Source of the DNA: a virus
Lineage: Duplodnaviria; Caudoviricetes
IMG/VR virus record: IMGVR_UViG_2939702853_000004
Coordinates: 37,038-101,037 of that record
Strand: one strand, 5' to 3'
Length of the DNA stretch: 64,000 bases
Under the pieces are notes generated by a model. It was not told the origin of the DNA, did not search any database, and was given only the letters and a program-made list of their open reading frames with translations. The translations under genes were made by a program, and so were the position numbers. Shown in pieces: positions 31,542 through 41,335 of the stretch (the first letter of the stretch is position 1; every line of letters begins with the position of its first letter).

Positions 31542-32714
31542 TTAAGCTGGAATGTTAAATTCTGTGATAAACTTAACCGCTTGTGCTAAAGCTTCTGTGT
31601 CTGTAACTTTCGTATAGTTTGCAATCCCCAAAATATTCTTGAACTCTGGGACAATATACTCGCTCAGTTGGTTATCAGTAAACCGTTTCTTTTGTTCATT
31701 AATAGATTCAATCAAATTAGCAATACTCAATTCCTCTTTAGCTTTAGTTTCAACTTCTTTTGCTTGCTCGTCACGTTCCTGTTCTTGTTCAACCTTAAGC
31801 TCTTCGATGCTTTTGTTAGTTTTTTTAAGTTGTCCTTTTACCGCTGCTTCAAATACATCCAAAAAGTTCTTTGCGCTATATTCAACTGGTTCTTCGGGCA
31901 GATCAGTGTAACGACCACCAGCGATAGAAATGTATTCGGTCGGTCGGAAGACCATTACGGTGCGCGTTTCATGAAAATTACTTCCTTTTTCTCTACCCTT
32001 TTTATCCTTAATATTGTCAGCTAGTTCAGAACCATCTTTATTGATTACAACTACTTCGTTAAATAAGCAACAGATTAAACTTGCTTGAGATTCAAAAATC
32101 TTGCGTGCTGTTTGATGCATCATCAACTCAACAGAATTGTACTTCATGCCATTATAAAGCGTTGTCTCTTTTTCTTTTGTCCATCCCAAGCCCAGCAAAC
32201 CGTAACCAGCATTACGTAAAGCATCGAATGGCTTTTTCATTTCTTCATAAAGTGCTGTGTATCCATTCTCTTTGTTACTGGAAGCATCGCCTAAATCTTG
32301 CAACGAAATAATAGATTGTTTGCCATATCTCTTGGCTCGATCCTTCAACAACCACGACGTAGCTGCATCTACACAACGATCAGCAGTGTCGATACCAATG
32401 AGTTTAACAATGCGACCTTCGCTTGCCTCTTTGACTAATCCCGGTACCACTTCTTTTTTAAAGAACTCCCACTGCTTCCAAGCATCTTCATCCGATCCCT
32501 CTTTGTGAATCGGAATAATGTTGTCCAGTTCCCAAGTTTCATATCCCGGTTCAAATGCCAAAAGCAATGCTTCTTCTGGTGAACCGTAGTGCAGCTCTGT
32601 AACTTCTTTCCAAAGTCTTGTTTTACCAGTTTTATAAGTTCCCACAATAAGGCTCATAATTGAATGAAGTTCAACTTTAGGTGTATTCTTTTGTACTTTA
32701 TTTCTCCAACTCAT
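31542..32714 (-). CDS. AAA_24-type ATPase (SPbeta YorG-like recombination protein)
   Basis: GTYKTGKT Walker A, LLAFEPG, IDTAD. Confidence 0.75.
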   Translation of the reverse strand: MSWRNKVQKNTPKVELHSIMSLIVGTYKTGKTRLWKEVTELHYGSPEEALLLAFEPGYETWELDNIIPIHKEGSDEDAWKQWEFFKKEVVPGLVKEASEGRIVKLIGIDTADRCVDAATSWLLKDRAKRYGKQSIISLQDLGDASSNKENGYTALYEEMKKPFDALRNAGYGLLGLGWTKEKETTLYNGMKYNSVELMMHQTARKIFESQASLICCLFNEVVVINKDGSELADNIKDKKGREKGSNFHETRTVMVFRPTEYISIAGGRYTDLPEEPVEYSAKNFLDVFEAAVKGQLKKTNKSIEELKVEQEQERDEQAKEVETKAKEELSIANLIESINEQKKRFTDNQLSEYIVPEFKNILGIANYTKVTDTEALAQAVKFITEFNIPA

Positions 32715-32803
32715 TAAATAAATCTCTCCCTGTTATATGTATTTATGTTTGGTCTGCGCTTTTACACACAGACCATTTTCTAATTAATTGAAACTATCTA
32801 CTC

Positions 32804-33988
32804 TCACGCAAAAGGATCGTCGTTATTTGTTGCAAATGGGTCAACAGGCGAACCCGATGTTTGACTAAACGGATCATCATTTACGCTGTTACCAAAAGGG
32901 CTGTCATTAGTCAAAGTAGTTGTCTTCTTAAATTCTTCTTCTGTAAGCAACTCACGCATAATACTTCCCTGCACATAACTGATTACTTCTAACCCTTTTT
33001 TATCTCCATTAACTACTCGTTCTTGTCTTGTTTCCTTTTGAGAATCATCTACATCATTAAAAGGGTCATCGGCAGGCAGTTCTTCTACAATGTCTACGTA
33101 CGCGTATGTTGCGCGTTGGTTATCTTGCCCCGTTACTTCAATGAAATCGTATGTATTAAGAGATGCGAAAGCATTAGCCATTGACACTTTACCTTCTGCC
33201 GCCTCTGCTTGATAAACGATAAGCTCAACATCCATAGGTTCTGAACGTTCCTTACCATTCTTCAGAAAAACTCCATTAATCTTAGTATCTCCAGTAGTTT
33301 CATCTTGATAGGTACTCTTAATTCCTAGCTGCATACTGAAACTGTTAACTTCAATAAATTCTGAAGACTTCAAATCTTGTACATAATTAATTACTTTTTT
33401 ATCCACCTTGATAGGAGTAGGATTGCCATCTTCGTCGATAATCTGCCCATCAACAATTGGAGAAATAGATGTAATGGTTCTCTTTTTGAACTCCACATTA
33501 CCATTATCCCCCGAAATCGCTTCAAACTCATATACTCCTTTAACCTCTACCCATGCATCATCTTGAATGTATTCGGATAGTTCTTTCGCCTTATCCCAAG
33601 GAGCATCGATTAAGTGATACGTTTCATCAATTTCTTTGGTTTTCCCGTTTAAATCTTTCCACTTCTCTTTATCGAATCGAACGTTCCAATCAAGTTTCGT
33701 TGTTTGATTGTGTTTTTTGCTATAAGCATATACAAACTGTTGTTCCATACCAGCAATTTCAACCTTAAGATTGTTACTTAATGCAGTTTCGATATTAAAT
33801 TGCAAAACACGTCTTGGTTTCGGCTTTTCTGAGCGTGTCAACTTTTCTTCAAAGTAAGGTAGTTTGTCCCAACTATCAGTTTCTTGATTCTTTTTGCTTA
33901 CTTGGCTTACTTTACCGATAAATCTAAAGTGATTTTTAAACTCTTTGCCGCCGTGTTTTTTGTTTACTTTAATCTTGTAATCTGCCAT
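32804..33988 (-). CDS. putative ssDNA-binding protein (SPbeta YorF-like)
   Basis: Acidic C-terminal DDPF repeats typical of SSB tails; adjacent to YorG-like gene. Confidence 0.6.
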   Translation of the reverse strand: MADYKIKVNKKHGGKEFKNHFRFIGKVSQVSKKNQETDSWDKLPYFEEKLTRSEKPKPRRVLQFNIETALSNNLKVEIAGMEQQFVYAYSKKHNQTTKLDWNVRFDKEKWKDLNGKTKEIDETYHLIDAPWDKAKELSEYIQDDAWVEVKGVYEFEAISGDNGNVEFKKRTITSISPIVDGQIIDEDGNPTPIKVDKKVINYVQDLKSSEFIEVNSFSMQLGIKSTYQDETTGDTKINGVFLKNGKERSEPMDVELIVYQAEAAEGKVSMANAFASLNTYDFIEVTGQDNQRATYAYVDIVEELPADDPFNDVDDSQKETRQERVVNGDKKGLEVISYVQGSIMRELLTEEEFKKTTTLTNDSPFGNSVNDDPFSQTSGSPVDPFATNNDDPFA

Positions 33989-34293
33989 ATGTATTTTATA
34001 TCTCCCTTTTATGTATAATTATTTTTATTTGATTAATCTAAACCTGATCAATCATAAAAGGGAGGGCTTCTCAACTTGTTTTTGATTCATATCACCACCT
34101 TTTGCAAAGTGAAATGAGTTGCATCTATATAATCGTGCTAGGCACGTTGATATTGTATGTACTTCTTTGACAATTGTTGTTGGCTTCTTCATTGAGACTA
34201 AGTAAATCCCATATCATAAGATATGTTCATGTTCAGCATCCCCTTTCAATTATAATTCATCTATATAATCACACTTTATAGTGTGTTATTTTT

Positions 34294-34370
34294 TGGTGGG
34301 TCTCACCCGACTTGAACGGGTATCAGCCAATTTATGAGATTGGTGTCTTAACCATTTAGACGAAAGACCC
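34294..34370 (-). tRNA. tRNA with CAU anticodon (tRNA-Ile2 more likely than tRNA-Met), encoded CCA
   Basis: Folds as a 77-nt cloverleaf: acceptor GGGTCTT/GAGACCC, anticodon arm CCAAT-CTCATAA-ATTGG, T-loop TTCAAGT, 3' ACCA. Confidence 0.9.
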
Positions 34371-34542
34371 TTATGTATTACCTTTTGGTAATTGACTATC
34401 TTGATAAAAGTATTCTTTTACTACATACATTCTTTCAATGTTTACTTGGTTCTATTTAAATATATCATTCATAATTATTTTTGTCAATTATTTATTTATT
34501 TTTGCTTGTTTATTTTTTGCCGAACTTTCGCTCGGCTACCTT

Positions 34543-34929
34543 TTACGCAAATAAAACTAACTCCATAAATCTAACATGTTCTCCTCTGCTACTATGTATC
34601 GCATATATATGTTTCGGATCATTAGATTTGAGCTTAGACATTTTAATGTCATCGATCCGTTCTTGGCAAAGTCTCTCAAGTGCAGAAGCATTGTCAATAT
34701 TGTAAAAGTAAATAAACTCATTAACATCGGCATACTTATTTGTATTCAACTTAGTCCTTCTCTTCTTTATCAAATAATTATTTATATCTTGCATACTCCC
34801 ATACAGACATTCAGCTCTAAATTCATTTAAATCCTCTTCACTAGTTATCAAAAAATAGATAGCATTCAATACATTTATAGCTCTTCTGTCGATGTTAAGT
34901 TCCTCTATAAATTTTTCGACCATTTGCAA
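34543..34929 (-). CDS. hypothetical protein downstream of agr-like module
   Basis: ORF with AAGGGAG RBS and TTG start. Confidence 0.6.
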   Translation of the reverse strand: MQMVEKFIEELNIDRRAINVLNAIYFLITSEEDLNEFRAECLYGSMQDINNYLIKKRRTKLNTNKYADVNEFIYFYNIDNASALERLCQERIDDIKMSKLKSNDPKHIYAIHSSRGEHVRFMELVLFA

Positions 34930-35069
34930 AATCTCCCTTTTTGAATTTCTTGATGTTGGAAAACCCTATAATTAAATTATACTTTACTTCTATAATTAGG
35001 CAACTTCGGTTCAGTATAACCGAATTTTTATTGACATTATATAAATACTGGTTAAATATGAATATTATG

Positions 35070-35086
35070 AGTCGAATTATGTCGAA
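35070..35086 (+). promoter_or_regulatory. tandem Spo0A-box-like pair AGTCGAA-tta-TGTCGAA
   Basis: TGNCGAA consensus; 10-bp periodicity as in the abrB promoter. Confidence 0.45.
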
Positions 35087-35189
35087 TGAACTTTTCAATC
35101 AATCAGAACCTTTGTTCATATTATATTAACTTATGGAAATAATGATTATCATATTTAATTATATTAGTTTTATTTAAGTTATTCAGTCT

Positions 35190-35558
35190 TCACTTTTTTC
35201 CTAACAATCTATTCATTACTTCTTTAACCTTTTCTAATCTGGGCTTAGAAATTGTAATAACATGTTCATCACAAAAGATTATACTTTTGTTATTTTCAAT
35301 GTATTCATAACTCATGTTTAAATTCCCCAATGTTCCTCTGTCAGTTACAACGAAACCTTCTTCGCCTGATAATAATTCATGTATTTGATCTGTTGCATTA
35401 CATTGCAAATATTCGCCTTCAGAAGTTATGTATACAGTTCTGTGAACATAATTAATCCTTTCATTTTTTGATGATATAATTTTGTCTATCTCTAGCCATT
35501 CCGCTACCTCGTTAATCTTCTTCCCGTCTCTTTTAACTACTGGTATTGATCGCACCAT
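35190..35558 (-). CDS. stand-alone LytTR DNA-binding domain protein (no receiver domain)
   Basis: YITSEGEY...GFVVTDRGTLGNL...ISKPR resembles the LytTR F-x3-R-x2-LVN...VS pattern; 122 aa; agrBD context. Confidence 0.7.
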   Translation of the reverse strand: MVRSIPVVKRDGKKINEVAEWLEIDKIISSKNERINYVHRTVYITSEGEYLQCNATDQIHELLSGEEGFVVTDRGTLGNLNMSYEYIENNKSIIFCDEHVITISKPRLEKVKEVMNRLLGKK

Positions 35559-35590
35559 AAATGAATGTCACTCCCAACTATATAAACTTA

Positions 35591-35612
35591 TACCCCACAG
35601 CGCTATGGGGTA
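35591..35612 (-). terminator. stem-loop between agrD and the LytTR gene (attenuator or mRNA stabiliser)
   Basis: TACCCCA...TGGGGTA inverted repeat. Confidence 0.5.
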
Positions 35613-35628
35613 CTTATGACAACAGCAA

Positions 35629-35751
35629 CTATTTACGTTTTGGAGCAGGTGGACAGTTAAACAATGCCCATGAAGCAGGCTGCACATTAACCACAGACAG
35701 CAATGTAAAAATAGAACCAACAAAACTCATAATAGCAAACTTTTTACTCAT
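35629..35751 (-). CDS. agrD: AgrD-like cyclic lactone autoinducer precursor MSKKFAIMSFVGSIFTLLSVVNVQPASWALFNCPPAPKRK
   Basis: 40-aa ORF not in the track; AAGGAGGTG RBS; overlaps agrB stop; hydrophobic leader, S-W-A-L-F ring candidate, P-x-x-P tail. Confidence 0.85.
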   Translation of the reverse strand: MSKKFAIMSFVGSIFTLLSVVNVQPASWALFNCPPAPKRK

Positions 35752-36301
35752 CACACTCACCTCCTTTCAAGTTAAAGTTAATTAATGTTAGAGATTGTAT
35801 AAGGGCGCTGATAACGAATGCGCTATTATCTATAAAAAATGAAGCAACAACAAAGAACATAGATAAATACTTAAAATATATATGATTTTTCTTTTCGACA
35901 ACTGTGTTATTTTCAATATTGTAAGGAGCATAAATCATTACTACTATAAAGGTAATTGCTTTGACAGTAGTTAAAATCGCTGTTGAGAGTTCAGGAACAA
36001 AACTCAAGACAATCAGTAAAATTACTGAGACAAAAAAACATTTATCTGCATTTTTTATATGGCGACCTCCAGAGACTGTCCTTAGTAAAGAGAATCCTAA
36101 AAGCGCATAGCATGTGTTTAATGTATTATTAAACACACAACCGATAACAATTATAAATATAATAGGTATAATATTACTAATAATAAATCTTGAAACATGT
36201 AAGACATCATCTTCATCAGGAAAATAATTACTGTATTCTGAATTTATAATTTTCTCTTTGATTTTAAACGCAATAATATCCGTAACTGTTTTATTTTTCA
36301 A
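35744..36301 (-). CDS. agrB: AgrB accessory gene regulator B peptidase
   Basis: LRTVSGGRH...C catalytic motif, YAP motif, multiple TM segments. Confidence 0.9.
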   Translation of the reverse strand: MKNKTVTDIIAFKIKEKIINSEYSNYFPDEDDVLHVSRFIISNIIPIIFIIVIGCVFNNTLNTCYALLGFSLLRTVSGGRHIKNADKCFFVSVILLIVLSFVPELSTAILTTVKAITFIVVMIYAPYNIENNTVVEKKNHIYFKYLSMFFVVASFFIDNSAFVISALIQSLTLINFNLKGGECDE

Positions 36302-36956
36302 TGGTTCGTCTCTCCATTTTTATTCCTATAAAGAGAAGATTAAAGAAACATATTGTCCAAACTATAGATCCCAGCAATAAATTATTTATATCATATGTGA
36401 AACCAACTAATATCATTATACATGATGGAATTACGGTAATAAGAATGTTGTTTTTAGTTAGTGAGAATTTAATGGTAAAATTGTAGCTTATAAAACTAAA
36501 CCATAATCTTTTTTGTACAAGTATATTAGCAAGAAGAAAAATTATTATATCACTGCCTATCTGATATGTATATCTTAAAAAATTGTTTGACTTTATATTT
36601 TCAAGAGTTAAACCAGTGAATGGGTACATTACCCACACAGAAAGACTTTGTACAACGAGAAATACAATTAAAGTCAATACTGCGGCAAAAAAAGCATGTC
36701 TGGAAGAGACCCTAAAAAATGCTATCAAACACAGAGTTAAAGTTAGCATGTTAAGAAGCGGGGCAAGATTACTCATCATAGGATCAAGGCTGTAAAAATA
36801 TGTTGCAACTGATATTAAAATATTAGTTATAATTATTTCAAATAAATACTCTTTAATATTTATTCTAAATACAGAAAAAGCAAAATAAAAAACTACAACC
36901 CCCTCGAATAAAGACATTAAAATATAGATGAAAGCACTCATGAGTATTCTCTCCAT
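36291..36956 (-). CDS. multi-TM AgrC-like sensor domain without a histidine kinase domain
   Basis: About 6-7 TM segments, 221 aa, ends right after the last TM; overlaps agrB start. Confidence 0.7.
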   Translation of the reverse strand: MERILMSAFIYILMSLFEGVVVFYFAFSVFRINIKEYLFEIIITNILISVATYFYSLDPMMSNLAPLLNMLTLTLCLIAFFRVSSRHAFFAAVLTLIVFLVVQSLSVWVMYPFTGLTLENIKSNNFLRYTYQIGSDIIIFLLANILVQKRLWFSFISYNFTIKFSLTKNNILITVIPSCIMILVGFTYDINNLLLGSIVWTICFFNLLFIGIKMERRTIEK

Positions 36957-36992
36957 TTCTCTTATAAACTAATATAACAACTCCATACATTC

Positions 36993-37034
36993 ATAATACC
37001 ATCCAAACACTTTCGCGTCAATAAACAAAAATAA
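36993..37034 (-). promoter_or_regulatory. sigmaA promoter of agr-like operon (TTGACG-17-TATTAT, extended TG) with adjacent ATAAACAAAAATAA motif
   Basis: Direct sequence match. Confidence 0.65.
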
Positions 37035-37054
37035 AAAAAAGAATAAGTTTTACC

Positions 37055-38053
37055 TTATTCTAAATTTGGGTACTTATTTAATAGTGTCTCCAAATTCAAA
37101 AACTCCCTAGTATAAATAGTACTCATAATATTGACACCATCTTTTGCTAGACCAACATTAAAATGTCTGCATATTGCCTCTATTTCATCACGTTGCAGTT
37201 TCTTGCTTGTCTTATATATATCTTTAGCCATTTTTAACATACCGGAATTTCTGATGTTTATCGGATTTAAATAATTATATCCTTCCATTAAACCAATAAC
37301 CTTGATTCTTTGTCTAATTGTGTGCGCACTGGTTTGCCCATCATCTTTATATGCTTTTCCAGCTCCTTTTATCACATATGACGAGGGAACAAGTTTTTTA
37401 TCTCTGCCTCCTGCACTTAAAATACTTTTATAAACAGTTTCTTCATTTGCCTCCTGTATGATTCTTACTAACTGTTCTGTTATCGTTACTTTTCTTAATT
37501 CCTCAGTCCCATACTTGTTAATATTTTTTAACAATATTGTTTTATTTATTGCATCAAGGTCTGAAATTTTTAAATTTAATAGTTCACTATTATCTCTGCC
37601 CATTATACCTTCAAATATAGCTTGAACTATAACAGCATCTTGTCTACTTGGTAATCCATATACAATTTTATTTATTTCATCCTCACTAAAGATTAATTTA
37701 TTTGTTTTATCTACAAAAGATTTATAATATTCAGTGTCACTTACAGGTGAAAGAGGATTTAGCTTGTTATCTCTAAGGTCTTGAGATATTGCCCATCTTA
37801 TGTAGCCCTCAATTGTCGCTCCATTTGTGATCGATGCTTGAACAGTTTTTGGCGATAAATAGTTAAGCAGCTCTTCAATTTCAGCTAAATTAAAGTTATA
37901 TAAGTCTTTGCTGTAATTTTTCTCCATACGACCTGCCCTTTTTAAAACCCTTGAAAATACTCCATATGTGTTTTGAGTAAAGTCTTGTAAGAACCTCAAC
38001 TTCTGCTCTTCGTTGTAAAATTCATCGTTGTATATTTCATTAGCCATTATCAT
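37055..38053 (-). CDS. YopR/MrpR(SroF)-like master repressor with degenerate tyrosine-recombinase fold
   Basis: YNEEQKLRFL N-terminus, FEGIMGRDNSELLNLK, IRNSGM without HxxR or catalytic Tyr; directly downstream of YopQ-like gene. Confidence 0.78.
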   Translation of the reverse strand: MIMANEIYNDEFYNEEQKLRFLQDFTQNTYGVFSRVLKRAGRMEKNYSKDLYNFNLAEIEELLNYLSPKTVQASITNGATIEGYIRWAISQDLRDNKLNPLSPVSDTEYYKSFVDKTNKLIFSEDEINKIVYGLPSRQDAVIVQAIFEGIMGRDNSELLNLKISDLDAINKTILLKNINKYGTEELRKVTITEQLVRIIQEANEETVYKSILSAGGRDKKLVPSSYVIKGAGKAYKDDGQTSAHTIRQRIKVIGLMEGYNYLNPINIRNSGMLKMAKDIYKTSKKLQRDEIEAICRHFNVGLAKDGVNIMSTIYTREFLNLETLLNKYPNLE

Positions 38054-39380
38054 TCACCCCAAAGTTCATTTTAAAATATTCTAATACTTTATTTTTAGAT
38101 CTACTTGAAGCATAATAAGCTCTTTTATCATTTAACAATTCAATTAAACAAGGATCGTGGAAATTTATTTGATCTACTGCTTCTTTTATGTCAGATGGAT
38201 TACGTCCAATATCATGAAATTGTTTTGCAATTTGCGTATACCCCAAGAACATCAGAGGATGATTTATTAAATTATCTCTGTAGGCATTGGGATTGCCGAG
38301 AAATTCATCATAATAGTAACTTGTTAAATATCCATAAAACTCAATCAAATATTTAGCAGTATCTTTATACTCCTTAAAATTAGATGGTGCGAATGTATTT
38401 TCAACTGCATATGATAAAATTGAAAAAGTTGTCAATTGTCCCGCTATCTCACTAATTCGTGGTGAGGATGCAATCTTATTGCCTTTGAGTTCTGATTTTG
38501 GGTCTTTTTGCAGATCTTTAACGACTTGATCAGAAAACCTTTCAGCTTTCAATTCTTCTATTCTCTCTTTTTTTACCACATTGACTGTATTTATTTGACC
38601 GAAATATCTTTTTGCAGTATCAGTGTCGTATACCCTTATAGACAAAATCATTTCAAGTTCGATTTCAGAATTAACAGTGAAAGCCTTAACAAAGCCCTGT
38701 AAGCGATGAAAACCATCTAATATAGAAACAATGGAACTTTTATTAAGAGTCAATTTTCTGTTCACAGAATCATATATAACAGGTGATTCTTCAAAAGAGT
38801 ATACATTCAATGTCATCATATCGGGTAAATAAGATTGATTAAGAACATTTTTAGCTATATCATCAACACTTTTTTTGTTGACATCTGGTATTGGTACTAC
38901 TCCATTTCTTCCTTCTTTGTATTTTGCGCTTCTTTGTGTTTCAAAATCATAATCAATAATATTTGCATGATACATATCCACAAGCACTTTACTTTTTATT
39001 TTTGTAACATATGTTTGTTCATCCAATTGGATTACATTTTCCATAACAAGAGGTAGTTCAATTACTACTTTTTTGTAGGTTTCTTGTACAATTCGCTCAG
39101 ACTCTTTCAATTCTTTTATACTGAAAAACTTTTCAGGGTTTAAATCTTCATCCTTCAAAACGTAATATATTCCATCTGTCAAAACTGCTAAAAAAGACAC
39201 ATCCATCGAACTTAAAGAAATACTTTCTCTTGAAACTTCATTAAATATTCCAAACGGCAAACCTTTACTAACTAGTTGCTCAACAATTTCGTTGACAATT
39301 TTGGCTTTACTTTTTATGGTTTTTATTTTTTTTATTAATAAATCTTCGAGTTCGTAACGATCTTTTTTCATATAGTACAC
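38040..39380 (-). CDS. YopQ(SroE)-like DndB/ParB-like (DGQHR-type) protein
   Basis: ILDGFHRL motif, F-x-QIN; SPbeta synteny with YopR. Confidence 0.75.
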   Translation of the reverse strand: MYYMKKDRYELEDLLIKKIKTIKSKAKIVNEIVEQLVSKGLPFGIFNEVSRESISLSSMDVSFLAVLTDGIYYVLKDEDLNPEKFFSIKELKESERIVQETYKKVVIELPLVMENVIQLDEQTYVTKIKSKVLVDMYHANIIDYDFETQRSAKYKEGRNGVVPIPDVNKKSVDDIAKNVLNQSYLPDMMTLNVYSFEESPVIYDSVNRKLTLNKSSIVSILDGFHRLQGFVKAFTVNSEIELEMILSIRVYDTDTAKRYFGQINTVNVVKKERIEELKAERFSDQVVKDLQKDPKSELKGNKIASSPRISEIAGQLTTFSILSYAVENTFAPSNFKEYKDTAKYLIEFYGYLTSYYYDEFLGNPNAYRDNLINHPLMFLGYTQIAKQFHDIGRNPSDIKEAVDQINFHDPCLIELLNDKRAYYASSRSKNKVLEYFKMNFGVNDNG

Positions 39381-39452
39381 CCTTTCTCCAACTTACTAAA
39401 AACATTATAACACACATAACAAACAAATATACTCTTCTTCAGCAAGACGTGC

Positions 39453-40244
39453 CTAGCGGTTTCGATATAATTGCAATATTTGTTTATGATTATTGCCGAA
39501 CCATATTAGCTTTTTTGTTATTTCTTTAAGATCATTTATTTTATTGATACTTTCAATTTGGTTGATCAGTCCTGCTCTTATCTTCTTAAAACATGAATCG
39601 CACAATATATCATTTTCATTTGAAGGCATAAACTGATTATAACAATTTTCCATGATACAAATTTTATCGTTTGTTTTAACTCCTTCTATCTTAAAGCCAG
39701 CTTTTCGCATAGTTTGATCCCATGTGTATCCTTTAGTCTTCATAGATTTTTCAGAAGGTTTTATTTTATTTTTTGTATACTCTGATTTATTTGGAATGTA
39801 CCCCAGTTTCTTAATAGAAGCCTTTAAACTCTTAAATAAATCTTCTTCAGTTATATATAAACCAGTCAGATTTACTTGAGCTTCAAAAGCAATCTTTTCG
39901 ATTCCGAACTGTTCTGAAATATACTCCCAACTGGGTTTTAATTCATTTAATATATATTGGCTTTTATCAACGCTTCCGTTTCTTAAGTTGATTATCTTAA
40001 AATTACTAATTGCTTTTATTCTATTCTGTTTGAGTACATATTCATCTTTACTTGGTATTCCTGCAATTTTTAAAAATTCCTTAAAATTAATCTTATTTTT
40101 TCGATTAAATGTATCCCATGTTACAGTTTTGGTCTTGTCTCTGAACTGATCAAATAGATCGACAGTAAGATATCCTCCTGCTTTTTCCGATGCAAGCCTT
40201 GCTTCATGAACAAACTGCTTATCAATATTCATTTTATCTAACAC
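39453..40244 (-). CDS. homing-endonuclease-associated-repeat protein with Zn ribbon
   Basis: KKLGYIPNKSEY...PS...TW...AGF repeat; C-x4-C...CDSC. Confidence 0.55.
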   Translation of the reverse strand: MLDKMNIDKQFVHEARLASEKAGGYLTVDLFDQFRDKTKTVTWDTFNRKNKINFKEFLKIAGIPSKDEYVLKQNRIKAISNFKIINLRNGSVDKSQYILNELKPSWEYISEQFGIEKIAFEAQVNLTGLYITEEDLFKSLKASIKKLGYIPNKSEYTKNKIKPSEKSMKTKGYTWDQTMRKAGFKIEGVKTNDKICIMENCYNQFMPSNENDILCDSCFKKIRAGLINQIESINKINDLKEITKKLIWFGNNHKQILQLYRNR

Positions 40245-40717
40245 CTCTCAACAAAATATCTATTGGTCATATGCCAAGCCTTGCCCTTCACTGTATCAAC
40301 CATCCCCTTCTTTCTATCCAGAAACACAATTTCCCTGCATTCTTTACAGCCCCATTTGCTCCTTTTGTATGCTGACTCTTCTATATAGGAAGCTCCACAC
40401 TTACATTCTACCTGAATCAGTGTCTTATGCTGGCTATATGCATCTGCTAACTGTTCATTGGCCTTACTTGCTGCTGTAGGCTGTATTGCTGCTACATGTT
40501 CCCTCTGCTCACTAAATTCATTATGTACCTTGAAGTCTGCCACAAGCTCAGGATTCAATCCAAAATGTTCTTTACCTACTGTAGTTACATATTTACTTCC
40601 TACACGATAAGACTCTATCCAGTCCTGTATTTGCTTAGTGGATAGATTGACAGTTCCCTTGATACCACTGTTTAATGTGTAGGTCATAGTGTGATGCTGA
40701 ATATTAATTGCTAACAC
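40238..40717 (-). CDS. Zn-ribbon protein (shares a domain with 56668..57099)
   Basis: CKCGASYI...WGCKEC...MTNRYFVER. Confidence 0.65.
   Translation of the reverse strand: MLAINIQHHTMTYTLNSGIKGTVNLSTKQIQDWIESYRVGSKYVTTVGKEHFGLNPELVADFKVHNEFSEQREHVAAIQPTAASKANEQLADAYSQHKTLIQVECKCGASYIEESAYKRSKWGCKECREIVFLDRKKGMVDTVKGKAWHMTNRYFVERC
40248..40414 (-). repeat. about 167-bp diverged duplicate of 56900..57066 (Zn-ribbon domain)
   Basis: Shared CTATATAGGAAGCTCCACA and TCAACAAAATAT blocks; colinear protein motifs. Confidence 0.75.
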
Positions 40718-40780
40718 CTCCTATGATTAATATACTACAAGCGATAATTATTATCAAAGCAATAAATTCTAAAAAAAATC

Positions 40781-40806
40781 AAAAAGCGGACAAACAATTG
40801 TCCGCT
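40781..40806 (-). terminator. intrinsic terminator after AbrB-like gene
   Basis: AGCGGACAA/TTGTCCGCT stem with U-tract on minus strand. Confidence 0.65.
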
Positions 40807-40884
40807 AACACTGCATTTTATATTTTCAAATAGATGATTTTATCTGATTATGATTTTGTTAAAAATATTTAAACTCTTCGACAA

Positions 40885-41319
40885 CTATATCTGTTTCTTG
40901 AGCTGTGAAATTCGACATTGAGAGACTCCTAATATATCGGCATATTTTTGTTGAGAAAATGCAGGGTGTTGCTTCATCAAATCTTTTAATTTGCCCAACA
41001 ATATTTCAGATCTGTAATTTTTCTGTGTAGGGGCTAATCTATCCGGGGAGTACTTCTGGCAGTTTGTACCATTCTTCATATCATGAATACATTCCCCACA
41101 AACAAAACTGCCTCTAAAATAAGTCAATTGCTCTGCTGAACCGCACATTTTACAAGACATACCAGTGTATATTTTGAAAGTTAGTGTATTGGTTTCTGAA
41201 TCTATAAATATTTCTAAAGGATCGCCCACATTGATACCCATTGAAATTCGCATCTCTTTGGGAATGACGATACGGCCTAACGAATCCAAGGGACGTGTCA
41301 TACCTGTACTTTTTACCAT
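40885..41319 (-). CDS. AbrB-family transition-state regulator with Zn ribbon and C-terminal HTH
   Basis: KSTGMTRPLDSLGRIVIPKEMR; CKMC/CGEC; QQKYADILGVSQCRIS. Confidence 0.88.
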   Translation of the reverse strand: MVKSTGMTRPLDSLGRIVIPKEMRISMGINVGDPLEIFIDSETNTLTFKIYTGMSCKMCGSAEQLTYFRGSFVCGECIHDMKNGTNCQKYSPDRLAPTQKNYRSEILLGKLKDLMKQHPAFSQQKYADILGVSQCRISQLKKQI

Positions 41320-41335
41320 TAATCCACCCCCTCAG

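Noticed and set aside
37055-38053. Active integrase acting on the TAAAA-N6-TTTTA sites
   Set aside because: The catalytic R-HxxR-Y set is degenerate and the synteny matches the non-catalytic repressor YopR/MrpR. Binding to the sites is not excluded.
38040-39380. Phosphorothioation (dnd) system
   Set aside because: Only the DndB-like domain is present, with no dndCDE; it corresponds to phage YopQ.
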